Assembly (NCBI GenBank): GCA_965222375.1
Contig: CBDCTZ010000008.1
Span: 64,001 to 128,000 of the forward strand
Direction of reading: 5' to 3'
Source: Polyangiaceae bacterium
GTDB taxonomy: Bacteria; Myxococcota_A; Polyangia; Polyangiales; Polyangiaceae
DNA: 64,000 nucleotides
Below, piece by piece: positions 1 to 8,340 of this stretch (position 1 is the stretch's first letter; each line of letters opens with the position of its first letter). Both the position numbers and the translations under genes were made by a program. The notes beneath the pieces are model-generated. The model had not been told where the DNA came from. It did not search any database and was given only the letters and a program-made list of their open reading frames with translations.

Positions 1-38
1 TGGTTCTTGTTATCTAGGTTCGAATCCTAGTCCCCCAG
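1..38 (+). tRNA. tRNA-Gln, 3' part (truncated by window edge)
   Basis: T-arm CTAGG-TTCGAAT-CCTAG followed by acceptor strand TCCCCCA-G. The leading 'TG' fits a yTG (Gln) anticodon, whose first base lies outside the window. Confidence 0.75.
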
Positions 39-47
39 CAAATCTCA

Positions 48-123
48 GGCCCCATCGTCTAGTGGTTTAGGACATCGGCCTCTCACGCCGGTAACACGAG
101 TTCGAATCTCGTTGGGGTCACCA
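48..123 (+). tRNA. tRNA-Glu(CTC)
   Basis: Full cloverleaf GGCCCCA...TGGGGTC-A-CCA, anticodon loop CT-CTC-AC, T-loop TTCGAAT, encoded CCA. Confidence 0.95.
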
Positions 124-160
124 AAGGCCCGGGCATCAACGCTCGGGCCTTTGTCTTTTC
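124..160 (+). terminator. Rho-independent terminator after tRNA pair
   Basis: AAAGGCCCGGGC-atcaac-GCTCGGGCCTTT hairpin followed by TTTGTCTTTT. Confidence 0.75.
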
Positions 161-787
161 GTGAGCGCAAAGAAGAAAAAGAAGGCGCAGGCAGGCCGAG
201 CATCGAAGCCCCCCAGCCGCCCGCCCAACCGCCCGGTGGATGCGCTGCACCAGGCGGCGCGGGAGGAGCGTTGGGAGGCGAGGCGGCTGCCCCTGATGTT
301 CGGTGGCATTCTCGCCGTCGTGCTGGTGTCTCGCATGGAGGGGATCCGCGACCGTGCGGGCCAAGTTGGGGCCTACGCCATCCCCGTGGCGTTTGCATTC
401 CTCGCGATTCGCCCATTTCGAGAATCGGCACTTTGGACCGCGGCGTTGGGCGTTGCGCTCGGTGCTAGCGCCATTTGCTGCGTGACCGTCGCAGGAGTGA
501 TTGGCTCGGAGCATGCAACACGGGATCTCCTCATTGCCCTGCTTGTCGCGGCGCCCGTCGCAGGTGCCGTGTTGCAGGGGTATGGCGCTCGCATCGGCGT
601 GCGGTCCTACTGCGCGGCCTGGCTCGGTATCGCAGCTCAGTTTTCGTACTTCTTGGCGGGGCATCGCAATGCCGGCCACGATTCCTTCGATGCGCTGTTG
701 GGAGCGGGCTTGGTGGCGCTCTTTGTCGGCGGAGGCGTGGGCTTCGCACTCGGCGTCATCGTTACGCAACTGGGAAAACGCGGCTGA
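161..787 (+). CDS. hypothetical multi-pass membrane protein
   Basis: 208-aa ORF with a basic N-terminus and about 6 hydrophobic segments. Confidence 0.7.
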   Translation: MSAKKKKKAQAGRASKPPSRPPNRPVDALHQAAREERWEARRLPLMFGGILAVVLVSRMEGIRDRAGQVGAYAIPVAFAFLAIRPFRESALWTAALGVALGASAICCVTVAGVIGSEHATRDLLIALLVAAPVAGAVLQGYGARIGVRSYCAAWLGIAAQFSYFLAGHRNAGHDSFDALLGAGLVALFVGGGVGFALGVIVTQLGKRG

Positions 788-806
788 CCGAGAAGTACCG
801 GCGTTA

Positions 807-1289
807 TCAGCGGTAGGCACCCCTCGCCTGTTTGCCCCCCACCAACGCAGCAACGGTGTCTCGGAAGCGCTGCACGACGAGGGCGGCGTCCTGCTCCGTC
901 ACCGAGCAGACTGCCCGCAAATGTGTCGGCGTCAACGAGAAGCCCACGGCGATCCGGCACAGGTCGAGCAGATGGCGCCGGACGTTCGGGCTCAATAGTT
1001 GGCGGACTTGAAAGGGCTTTCCTCTCACCAGGACAGATTCGTCGAACTCGGGCTCGTCGAACGTCATTTCGGGCTTTGTCCAGAAGTCCACGTAGTCCGA
1101 GTCCCGCAATTCTCGCACGAACACCTCGAACCTGAAGGGCTTGGTGAATTCAGCTTCGAAGGTCATTTCTCCGTGATCGACGAGCAATACGACTTGCGCG
1201 CGAGGTTCCAGCAACACCAAGCGGTGGTCGTCCGCCTGGCGAAACCCCTGCTGAACCGCCGCCGCTGCCAACACGGATGCGGTCGTCAT
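807..1289 (-). CDS. hypothetical protein
   Basis: ATG at 1289 overlaps the stop of the upstream SGNH gene (ATGA coupling); protein-like composition. Confidence 0.7.
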   Translation of the reverse strand: MTTASVLAAAAVQQGFRQADDHRLVLLEPRAQVVLLVDHGEMTFEAEFTKPFRFEVFVRELRDSDYVDFWTKPEMTFDEPEFDESVLVRGKPFQVRQLLSPNVRRHLLDLCRIAVGFSLTPTHLRAVCSVTEQDAALVVQRFRDTVAALVGGKQARGAYR

Positions 1290-2140
1290 GGCGCGGAAGA
1301 AGTGCGAAACGTCCAGGGTTTGGCGCCGTTCGGATCGCGCTCCGTCGCGAGCCATTCCACGACCCGCTTCGACCACTGCGCTCGCGCGGCGATGGTTGGA
1401 TGGATCTTGTCCTTCAGTCGGGGCATGTCGGGAAACACTTGGTTGCTATCCATCACCCGGCATGGCGCTGCATTGGCTTGGATCACCGGCAATAGCCCCG
1501 TGTCTCCGACTTCCCACAGGGGTGGCAGGATCCAAACGCAGGGTCGATCCCCCAAACGCGCCACGAGCTTCTTGATCAGCTTGATCCGAGACTCCGGCTT
1601 TCGGATTTGTACTTCGTTGGTGCCTAAGGTGATCAGCACCAGATCGGGTTTGAATTGAGCCAAGTACACCGGCAGCTCTTTGCTCCAGGCCCAGGTCGGA
1701 ATGAAGCTCGCGGTCTTGAATCGAAGCACGCTGCGCACGCCGTGCTGCTTGAACTCCTTGTTCAAAGTGATGCCCAAAGCCCCTGCCATGGAGTCGCCGA
1801 TGTGCAGCACCGTCGTGCCTCTCGGCGGCGGTGCTGGCGCTTCGCGGGGTTTGGAGGTTGGGGCTTGCCCGGGAGGACATTGCACGCCGGGCGCGCACTC
1901 GAGTGCGGGAGCTGCGGGCCCCTCTGATCTGGCCTGCCCTCTGTCTTCAGGCCTTTTGCGGCCCACTGGACTATTGCCCTGCCCGCTCGGCACGACGGGC
2001 GGCTGCGGCTCCGAGCTCTGCCCACAGGCTTGTCCTTCACAGGGTGGTGGCGACGCGCTCGGCTGTTGCGCCGAACCGGCACAGCCCGCAAACAGTAGGA
2101 TCAACCCGCTGAGTTTCCCGCGGAGGGCAGATGGGCTCAT
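1286..2140 (-). CDS. SGNH/GDSL hydrolase family lipoprotein
   Basis: Lipobox FAGC, IGDS block, LGTN block and D-K-I-H-P; ATGA-coupled to the upstream gene. Confidence 0.85.
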   Translation of the reverse strand: MSPSALRGKLSGLILLFAGCAGSAQQPSASPPPCEGQACGQSSEPQPPVVPSGQGNSPVGRKRPEDRGQARSEGPAAPALECAPGVQCPPGQAPTSKPREAPAPPPRGTTVLHIGDSMAGALGITLNKEFKQHGVRSVLRFKTASFIPTWAWSKELPVYLAQFKPDLVLITLGTNEVQIRKPESRIKLIKKLVARLGDRPCVWILPPLWEVGDTGLLPVIQANAAPCRVMDSNQVFPDMPRLKDKIHPTIAARAQWSKRVVEWLATERDPNGAKPWTFRTSSAP

Positions 2141-3405
2141 GGACAGCACGCCGAGTTCCATCCCACGCCCACGTCCCGATTGGAACAACCCGCTACGGCT
2201 CCGGCCCGGTTGCGGCCAGCGTGGGTCCCGCCGCTGTAGCGATAGGCATTGGGCTGGCCTGGTTTGTACTTCTGACAGTCAGCGTCGAATTGGGGCGACC
2301 GGCTGCGGCGAATGGGCGTTGCCTTCTTCCCGGGATACCTCGGCCCCGTCGCGGGCTCCTCGAGCACACAGCCATGTCCCGCAACCTTGACCCGACCATC
2401 GGGACATTCCGGCTCCCCTGCCCGCGCGCAGCGCACGCCATTCCAGCTCTGGTTCTTTTTGCAGGGCGCTGAGTGCACGCCGAAGTTGCAGCGCTTGCCG
2501 TCTTCACTGCGACCAAAGGCGCACTTGGCATTCGCAGGCGTCACCACGCAGCGAAATCCGAGGTGCGAGCCCCATTGCTTGGCGCCGTAACGGTTGCGGA
2601 GTTTGGGACTCATCCACTTGGCGAAGCGGCGACTCCAGCTACCCCCGCGATAGCCTCTCGATGGAGAGACTTGGGGAGGAAACGGGAACGGCCCGAAGCC
2701 ATCGTCGACCCACTCCCAGACGTTGCCGATGACGTCGTACAGACCGAATACGTCCGGGGCGAAGGATTTGACCTTGCAAGAGCCGCCGACATGCTTCCAG
2801 CAGGTTCGGCCGTCCGGGGGTTCGTTGCCCCAGGAGTACCTCAGCTGGAGCTTTCCACCGCGCGCCGTGAACTCCCACTCGGCCTCGGAGGGCAGTCTTG
2901 CGCCTCGTTGCTCGCAGTACGCCTTGGCTTGGAACCAGTTCACGCAATTGATCGGGTGATCCATCCGATCCACGACCCGGGCGTTGCAAAAGCGCCGCTT
3001 GCGCTGCGCGGGCGTGCACTTCTGGGTCTTCTCGCACGCCAGATAGTCGGCAACAGTCACCTCGGTTTCGTCCACACATAGATCCGAAACCTCGGTCTCG
3101 AATCGTGGCCGGTCCTCCGGGGCTGCGGTCGGCGAGTTGGAACCCATAGACAACTTACCGCCGCCAACAAAGCGCATGCCCTGCGGACAGGGGGTTGGCT
3201 TCGCCACGGCTGGCCGCGCACTCGCCTTCGCCGCAGGTGCGGCGCTGGATTGGGCTGACGACGCGCTCGGCGCGGCCGTGACGGGCGGCGTCTTCGCACG
3301 CGTCGAAGCGCTCGGCTCCGTGTGCCGCCTCTCCTCATCGCAGGAGGCCAACATGACGAGCAGACACCAGGGAGCCAATCGCACGGCGCTGGCGTATAGC
3401 ATCAT
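2137..3405 (-). CDS. formylglycine-generating enzyme (SUMF1/FGE-sulfatase) domain lipoprotein
   Basis: ETEVT, HPINCVNW, RLPSEAEWE, GLYDVIGNVWEW, RGGSW and GFRC motifs; lipobox LASC. Confidence 0.9.
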   Translation of the reverse strand: MMLYASAVRLAPWCLLVMLASCDEERRHTEPSASTRAKTPPVTAAPSASSAQSSAAPAAKASARPAVAKPTPCPQGMRFVGGGKLSMGSNSPTAAPEDRPRFETEVSDLCVDETEVTVADYLACEKTQKCTPAQRKRRFCNARVVDRMDHPINCVNWFQAKAYCEQRGARLPSEAEWEFTARGGKLQLRYSWGNEPPDGRTCWKHVGGSCKVKSFAPDVFGLYDVIGNVWEWVDDGFGPFPFPPQVSPSRGYRGGSWSRRFAKWMSPKLRNRYGAKQWGSHLGFRCVVTPANAKCAFGRSEDGKRCNFGVHSAPCKKNQSWNGVRCARAGEPECPDGRVKVAGHGCVLEEPATGPRYPGKKATPIRRSRSPQFDADCQKYKPGQPNAYRYSGGTHAGRNRAGAVAGCSNRDVGVGWNSACCP

Positions 3406-3787
3406 CCAGCCACAGGTGCTTCAGCATCATAGACAACGTGGTCACCGGGATCCCCGTTGCGAGTGCAATCCAAATCGACGGAGCGCAGAACTTCGTCAAC
3501 AAGAACAACACGGACGGAAACGGTCATGCGCTGACGGTTCAGTGAACGGCCTGCCGCGCGCACTCAGCTTCGGCCGCGCGAAACCGCGGCCCCGCAGGGT
3601 TGCGCCACCGGTGGCCTTCCGTGAGAGTAGTGGCCCAGTGCCGCCACATCGTCGCGACCCCCAACAATCATCCGGCGAACGGACTCGGTCCAACTACGAC
3701 GCCGGCGAGCCCAATAGGCGAGTCCCAGGATGAACGTTGTCGGGCAAGCGCGACTTTTTCTCGAAATTCTCGTATAGCCCGAGGGGC

Positions 3788-4855
3788 GTGGCTTCTCCCG
3801 TCACTCTCCAGGGGCTCACTCGTCGGTTTTCGAAAACCGAGCGCCCTGCCCTCGATCGCCTGAGCCTCGAAGTCGCGGCGGGTGAGGTCGTCAGCCTGGT
3901 GGGCCCGAGCGGTTGCGGTAAGAGCACCACGCTGCGGCTCATCGCTGGCCTGGACACCCCGGATCGCGGCAGCATCGCCATCGCCGGGCGCGACATGGTC
4001 CAAGTGCCGCCCCAGGATCGGGACGTCGCCATGGTGTTCCAAGGCTTCGCCTTGTACCCGCACATGACGGTCAAGGAGATCATGGATTTTCCGCTGCGCA
4101 TGCGGCGGGTCGCCAAGGCCGAACGAGACAAGTTGATTGGTGACACCGCCGAGATGCTCAACATCACTCGGCTGCTGGAGCGCCGGCCCGCGCAGCTGTC
4201 CGGCGGTGAGCAGCAGCGAGTAGCCATGGGTCGAGCCATCGTGCGGCGGCCGGAAGTCTTTCTATTCGACGAGCCGCTGTCGAATCTGGACGCCGCATTG
4301 CGCGCGGAGCTGCGGGTGGAGTTGGGCAAGCTGCTGCGCCGCATGGGGGCGACAGCGCTGTATGTGACACACGACCAGGCGGAAGCCATGACCCTGTCGG
4401 ATCGCATCGTCTTGCTCAACGCCGGCAAACTGGAGCAGGTTGCCACGCCCCGCGAGATCTACGAGCGACCCCAGAGCATTTTTGCGGCCTCGTTCTTCGG
4501 TAGCCCGCCCATGAACCTCATGGATGTAGAGCAGGACGGCGCCGGCGGCACGGCCGGCAGCTTGCGACTCTCCGCGGTGCCGGAGGCCGAAACCCCGGTC
4601 CTCGGGATCCGGCCCGAGCACATCCGCCTGGAGCCCGGAGCGGAAAGCGATATCGAGGGCAGTGCGAGGGTGACGGCCGTGGAGCTATTGGGCGGCGAGT
4701 CCCACCTGGAATTGGATGCCGGCGGCGAGACATTGCGGGTCAAAACGCCGGGCTTCGACGCCCCGGAGCTCGATGCCGAGGTCACCATCGCCTTCAGCCA
4801 GCATCAAGTCCGGTGGTTCGACCGCGCCACGGGCCGGGCCTTGGAGGACGACTGA
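3788..4855 (+). CDS. sugar/glycerol-3-phosphate ABC transporter ATP-binding protein (MalK/UgpC family)
   Basis: Walker A GPSGCGKST, LSGGEQQR signature, DEPLSNLD, C-terminal TOBE-like GIRPEH; GTG start after GAGGGG. Confidence 0.92.
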   Translation: MASPVTLQGLTRRFSKTERPALDRLSLEVAAGEVVSLVGPSGCGKSTTLRLIAGLDTPDRGSIAIAGRDMVQVPPQDRDVAMVFQGFALYPHMTVKEIMDFPLRMRRVAKAERDKLIGDTAEMLNITRLLERRPAQLSGGEQQRVAMGRAIVRRPEVFLFDEPLSNLDAALRAELRVELGKLLRRMGATALYVTHDQAEAMTLSDRIVLLNAGKLEQVATPREIYERPQSIFAASFFGSPPMNLMDVEQDGAGGTAGSLRLSAVPEAETPVLGIRPEHIRLEPGAESDIEGSARVTAVELLGGESHLELDAGGETLRVKTPGFDAPELDAEVTIAFSQHQVRWFDRATGRALEDD

Positions 4856-4857
4856 CG

Positions 4858-6120
4858 ATGCTGTCCCGACGCGCATTCTCCCTTGGATGCGCCGCGACGC
4901 TCGTGGGTTGTGCCGAGGGCCGCATCCCCCCGGGTCGCAAAGCCGCGACGCTGTGGTTCACCTACGGCGGACGCAACCGCAAGGTCTTGGAAGAACTCGT
5001 TGGGCGGTTCAACGAGAGCCAGCAGAAGCACTACATCGTCAGTGTGTTTCAGGGCGACTACTTCGAAGGGCTGGCCAAGTTGCGCACTGCCATGGCGGCG
5101 AAAGTCGGTCCAACCATCAGCCACGTCGTCGGGGAAGTGATCCCCTATTTGGCGGAAGCGGGCGTGCTGGAGCCCCTGGGCAAATACCCCGGCGCGAAGC
5201 GCATGGGGGTCATCGAATCCTTGGGCCAGGTGGGCTCTTGGATAGGAGGTGGTGATCGCCCTTTGGTCTGCCTGCCTTTCAATCGCTCGACTCCTATCGC
5301 GTACCTGAACGGCTCCCTCTTCGACAAGGCGGGGCTCTCAGCGCCGAAGAACTGGGACGAGTTGCGCAAAGTTGCCAATGCCTTGAGCCAGCACGAAGGG
5401 GGGCGCACGACACGATTTGGTTTCGGCTGCCCCATCGATTGGTGGTTCTGGACCGCCCTCGTCGGACAGGCTGGCGGCAAAGTGGTCGAAGACGACGGCC
5501 GCGTGAGCTTGGGCGGTGACGCCGGCGTCGAAGCCATCGAACTGTGGAAGCGCATGGTCCACGAAGACAGGAGCATGAAGCCGCCACCGGGGCGGGACTT
5601 CAACGCCTGGGAGCAGACCAATCAGGACTTCCTGTCGGGACGCACGGCGATGATCTGGACCAGTACGGCTTTCCTCAAATACCTGGAAGACAACGCGCCG
5701 TTCAAAGTGGTCGCTGCGCCGCTGCCCGCGGGCCGCAAGCGAGCGGTGCCGACGGGTGGGACCCACTGGATCATGCTCAAGAGCGCCCCCGAGGAGGACA
5801 AACAGGTCGCCTGGGAGTTTCTGCGATTCATGCACAAGCCCGCCCAAGCTACTCACTGGGCCACGCGAACGGGCTACATGCCGGTGACTCGCGGCGCCGT
5901 CGAATTGCTCAAGCAGCAGGGCTACTACGAAAAGAACCCCAACGACCGAGTCGCGGTTGAACAGCTTTCCGTGGCCCTGCCCTGGCCTTGGAGCACTCAG
6001 CTGTTCCGGGTCCAGCGAGAGATCGTGCAGCCACGTCTCGAAAGTGCCGTGCTTGGCGGAAAAAGTGCCCGCGAGGTGATCGAGAGCGCCCGCCAGCTCA
6101 CGACGAGGGGGGCGCGGTGA
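4858..6120 (+). CDS. ABC transporter substrate-binding lipoprotein (UgpB-like)
   Basis: Tat-like SRRAF plus lipobox LVGC; LPFNRSTP and TGYMPV motifs typical of UgpB. Confidence 0.88.
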   Translation: MLSRRAFSLGCAATLVGCAEGRIPPGRKAATLWFTYGGRNRKVLEELVGRFNESQQKHYIVSVFQGDYFEGLAKLRTAMAAKVGPTISHVVGEVIPYLAEAGVLEPLGKYPGAKRMGVIESLGQVGSWIGGGDRPLVCLPFNRSTPIAYLNGSLFDKAGLSAPKNWDELRKVANALSQHEGGRTTRFGFGCPIDWWFWTALVGQAGGKVVEDDGRVSLGGDAGVEAIELWKRMVHEDRSMKPPPGRDFNAWEQTNQDFLSGRTAMIWTSTAFLKYLEDNAPFKVVAAPLPAGRKRAVPTGGTHWIMLKSAPEEDKQVAWEFLRFMHKPAQATHWATRTGYMPVTRGAVELLKQQGYYEKNPNDRVAVEQLSVALPWPWSTQLFRVQREIVQPRLESAVLGGKSAREVIESARQLTTRGAR

Positions 6121-6995
6121 CATCCGGCTTGTTGCCACGTCGGCGAGCCGACCCGTACTTGCTGCTTCTGCCCACGGTGGCGCTGCTGGCGGTGTTTTTC
6201 TTCTATCCGCTGCTCAACGCGGCCTACCTCAGCTTGCACGAGTGGGATCTGTTGACCGCACCGCGCTACGTTGGCTTCGACAACTACCGCGCACTGTCCC
6301 AAGGTGGCGACCTGTGGCACGCCCTGGTGACAACCCTGTCGTTTTCCGTCGTCGTGGTCGTGGGCTCGATGGTCCTGGGCCTGGCCCTCGCCCTCGCTCT
6401 CAACCGAGATAGCGCCTTCGCGGGCTTCGTGCGGGGGGCCGTCTTCTCTGCATATGTGATCAGCTGGGTGAGCGTGGCGCTGCTCTGGCTGTGGGTCTTG
6501 GACGCGGATGCGGGAGTCTTGACTTCCCTGTTGCGAGGAGCCGGCTTGCCAACCAAGAACTGGCTCGGGGATCCCCAGGTGGCGCTGTACTCCCTGGCTG
6601 GGGTCACAATCTGGAAGATCGCGGGCTACTCCATGGTCCTTTTCCTCGCCGGACTCCAGGACATCCCGCGCTCCCTGTATGAAGCCGCCGCACTAGACGG
6701 CGCCGGGCCGGTGCAGCGCTTTTGGAACGTAACCTGGCCGCTGCTTCGGCCCACCACCGCGTTCGTGGCCACGACGAGCTTGATCGTCAGTTTTCAGGTC
6801 TTCGATGTCGTGCGCGTCATGACCCAGGGCGGCCCAGTGAAGAGCACGACGGTTTTCGTCTACGCAATCTACGAACAGGTGTTCCTGAACTTGCGAGTCG
6901 GACGCGCCAGCGCACTCGTAGTCGTCTTCTTCGGGCTGCTCATGGTGCTGACAGCGCTGCAGCTCTGGGCGTGGCGCAAGAAGGGGGCAACGTGA
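6117..6995 (+). CDS. carbohydrate ABC transporter permease (UgpA/MalF-like)
   Basis: TM helices, EAAALDGA loop, GTGA overlap with the upstream gene. Confidence 0.9.
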   Translation: MTSGLLPRRRADPYLLLLPTVALLAVFFFYPLLNAAYLSLHEWDLLTAPRYVGFDNYRALSQGGDLWHALVTTLSFSVVVVVGSMVLGLALALALNRDSAFAGFVRGAVFSAYVISWVSVALLWLWVLDADAGVLTSLLRGAGLPTKNWLGDPQVALYSLAGVTIWKIAGYSMVLFLAGLQDIPRSLYEAAALDGAGPVQRFWNVTWPLLRPTTAFVATTSLIVSFQVFDVVRVMTQGGPVKSTTVFVYAIYEQVFLNLRVGRASALVVVFFGLLMVLTALQLWAWRKKGAT

Positions 6996-7813
6996 GGCGC
7001 CCCGCCCTCCCCTCAATCGCGGTGAACGCCGCATTGGTCCTGGTCGCCCTGCTCTGGGTGTTGCCCTACGCTTGGATGGTTTCCACCAGCCTGAAGACGC
7101 TACCGGAAATCGTGAAAGCGCCCACGGCGCCCCTACCTGCTGGACTGAATTTCAGCGCCTACCAGGGCGTGCTCGAGGCCATGCCCCTGGCTCGCTACTT
7201 CTGGAATACCACGGTCATGGCTATGGGGATCGCCATCGTTCAGATCGCCGTTGCCATGCCCGCCGGCTACGCCCTGGCCAAGTTGAAGTACACCGGTCGC
7301 GGCGTGGCCTTCGGTTTAGTGATCGCCACCCTGCTGATCCCCGCACAAGTACGCTTCGTACCGGTGTTCACCATGCTTGCGGATGTCTCCCTGGTGAACA
7401 CGATGACGGCGCTGATTCTCCCATTTGGCGTCAGCGCCTTTGGAACGTTTTTGATCCGCCAAGCCTTGCTCGCCGTGCCCGACAACATCATCGAGGCAGC
7501 GCGCCTCGATGGCGCCAGTGAGCTTCGCATCGTTTATGGCTTGCTGGCGCCGATGCTGAAGCCCACTTTGGTCGCGTTCTTCCTGTTTTCATTCGTGTAT
7601 CACTGGAACGACTATTTCTGGCCTCTGGTGATGACCACCGACGACGCAGTGCGCACGCTGCCGCTGGGCATTGCGCTGTTGCGCGAACAGGGCACCGGGG
7701 TTCGCTGGCACGTCGTGATGGCTGGCAACGTGGCGCTGAGCGCGCCGGCGTTGCTGGTTTTCGCCTTTGCGCAAAAGCACTTGTTGCGAGCGGTTTCTGC
7801 AAAAGCGTTCTGA
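6992..7813 (+). CDS. carbohydrate ABC transporter permease (UgpE/MalG-like)
   Basis: EAARLDGA and WNDYFWPL motifs, GTGA overlap. Confidence 0.9.
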   Translation: MRRPALPSIAVNAALVLVALLWVLPYAWMVSTSLKTLPEIVKAPTAPLPAGLNFSAYQGVLEAMPLARYFWNTTVMAMGIAIVQIAVAMPAGYALAKLKYTGRGVAFGLVIATLLIPAQVRFVPVFTMLADVSLVNTMTALILPFGVSAFGTFLIRQALLAVPDNIIEAARLDGASELRIVYGLLAPMLKPTLVAFFLFSFVYHWNDYFWPLVMTTDDAVRTLPLGIALLREQGTGVRWHVVMAGNVALSAPALLVFAFAQKHLLRAVSAKAF

Positions 7814-7911
7814 GTCGCGGTTCGCGCTCAAATGAGTTGACGAAACGAGGGTTTGGAACCATCTCTTGGTCCGCGGCCTCGAGGCCCGGAACCCACGCAG
7901 GAGAAGCAACA

Positions 7912-8337
7912 GTGAGCAATGACCCGAGCGAGACTTCCATGAAGCGCATGCGCAAGTTCGTGGAGAAGTACTGCGAAAAGTCCGGAACGACCGTGCACCC
8001 CGACAAGGAGGTCACCGAGTCCGTGATTCTCGGCTTGGCCAAGAATCAGGACGACTTGGGGCGCCCGCTGTGCCCTTGCCGCTTTTATCCGGACAAACAG
8101 GCCGAGGTGAAACACCGAACCTGGATCTGCGCTTGTGACGACATGCAGGTTTACAAGTATTGCCACTGCTTGCTGTTCGTGAACGAAGAAGGCATGCCCA
8201 TCACCGAGTACTTGCCCGAAGAACACGAAGGGCGAGCGGCCTACGGGCTGGTGAAGGACCCCACGCCGGACAAGGGGCGTCCGCGGCGCGACAAGGCCGA
8301 AGAGCGCGAGCAAGAGCGCAAAGATCGCCCGTCCTGA
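7912..8337 (+). CDS. ferredoxin-thioredoxin reductase catalytic subunit-like protein
   Basis: CPC...CAC...CHC cysteine triplets; GTG start after AGGAG. Confidence 0.85.
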   Translation: MSNDPSETSMKRMRKFVEKYCEKSGTTVHPDKEVTESVILGLAKNQDDLGRPLCPCRFYPDKQAEVKHRTWICACDDMQVYKYCHCLLFVNEEGMPITEYLPEEHEGRAAYGLVKDPTPDKGRPRRDKAEEREQERKDRPS

Positions 8338-8340
8338 ACC

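Noticed and set aside
48..160. tRNA-Glu as integration site of a genomic island
   Set aside because: No integrase and no duplicated tRNA 3' end seen in the window; the native terminator follows directly.
3673..3692. Short match CGGCG..GGACTCGGTCCA shared with about 55478-55497
   Set aside because: Only 12 exact bases with no flanking similarity; expected by chance in GC-rich DNA.
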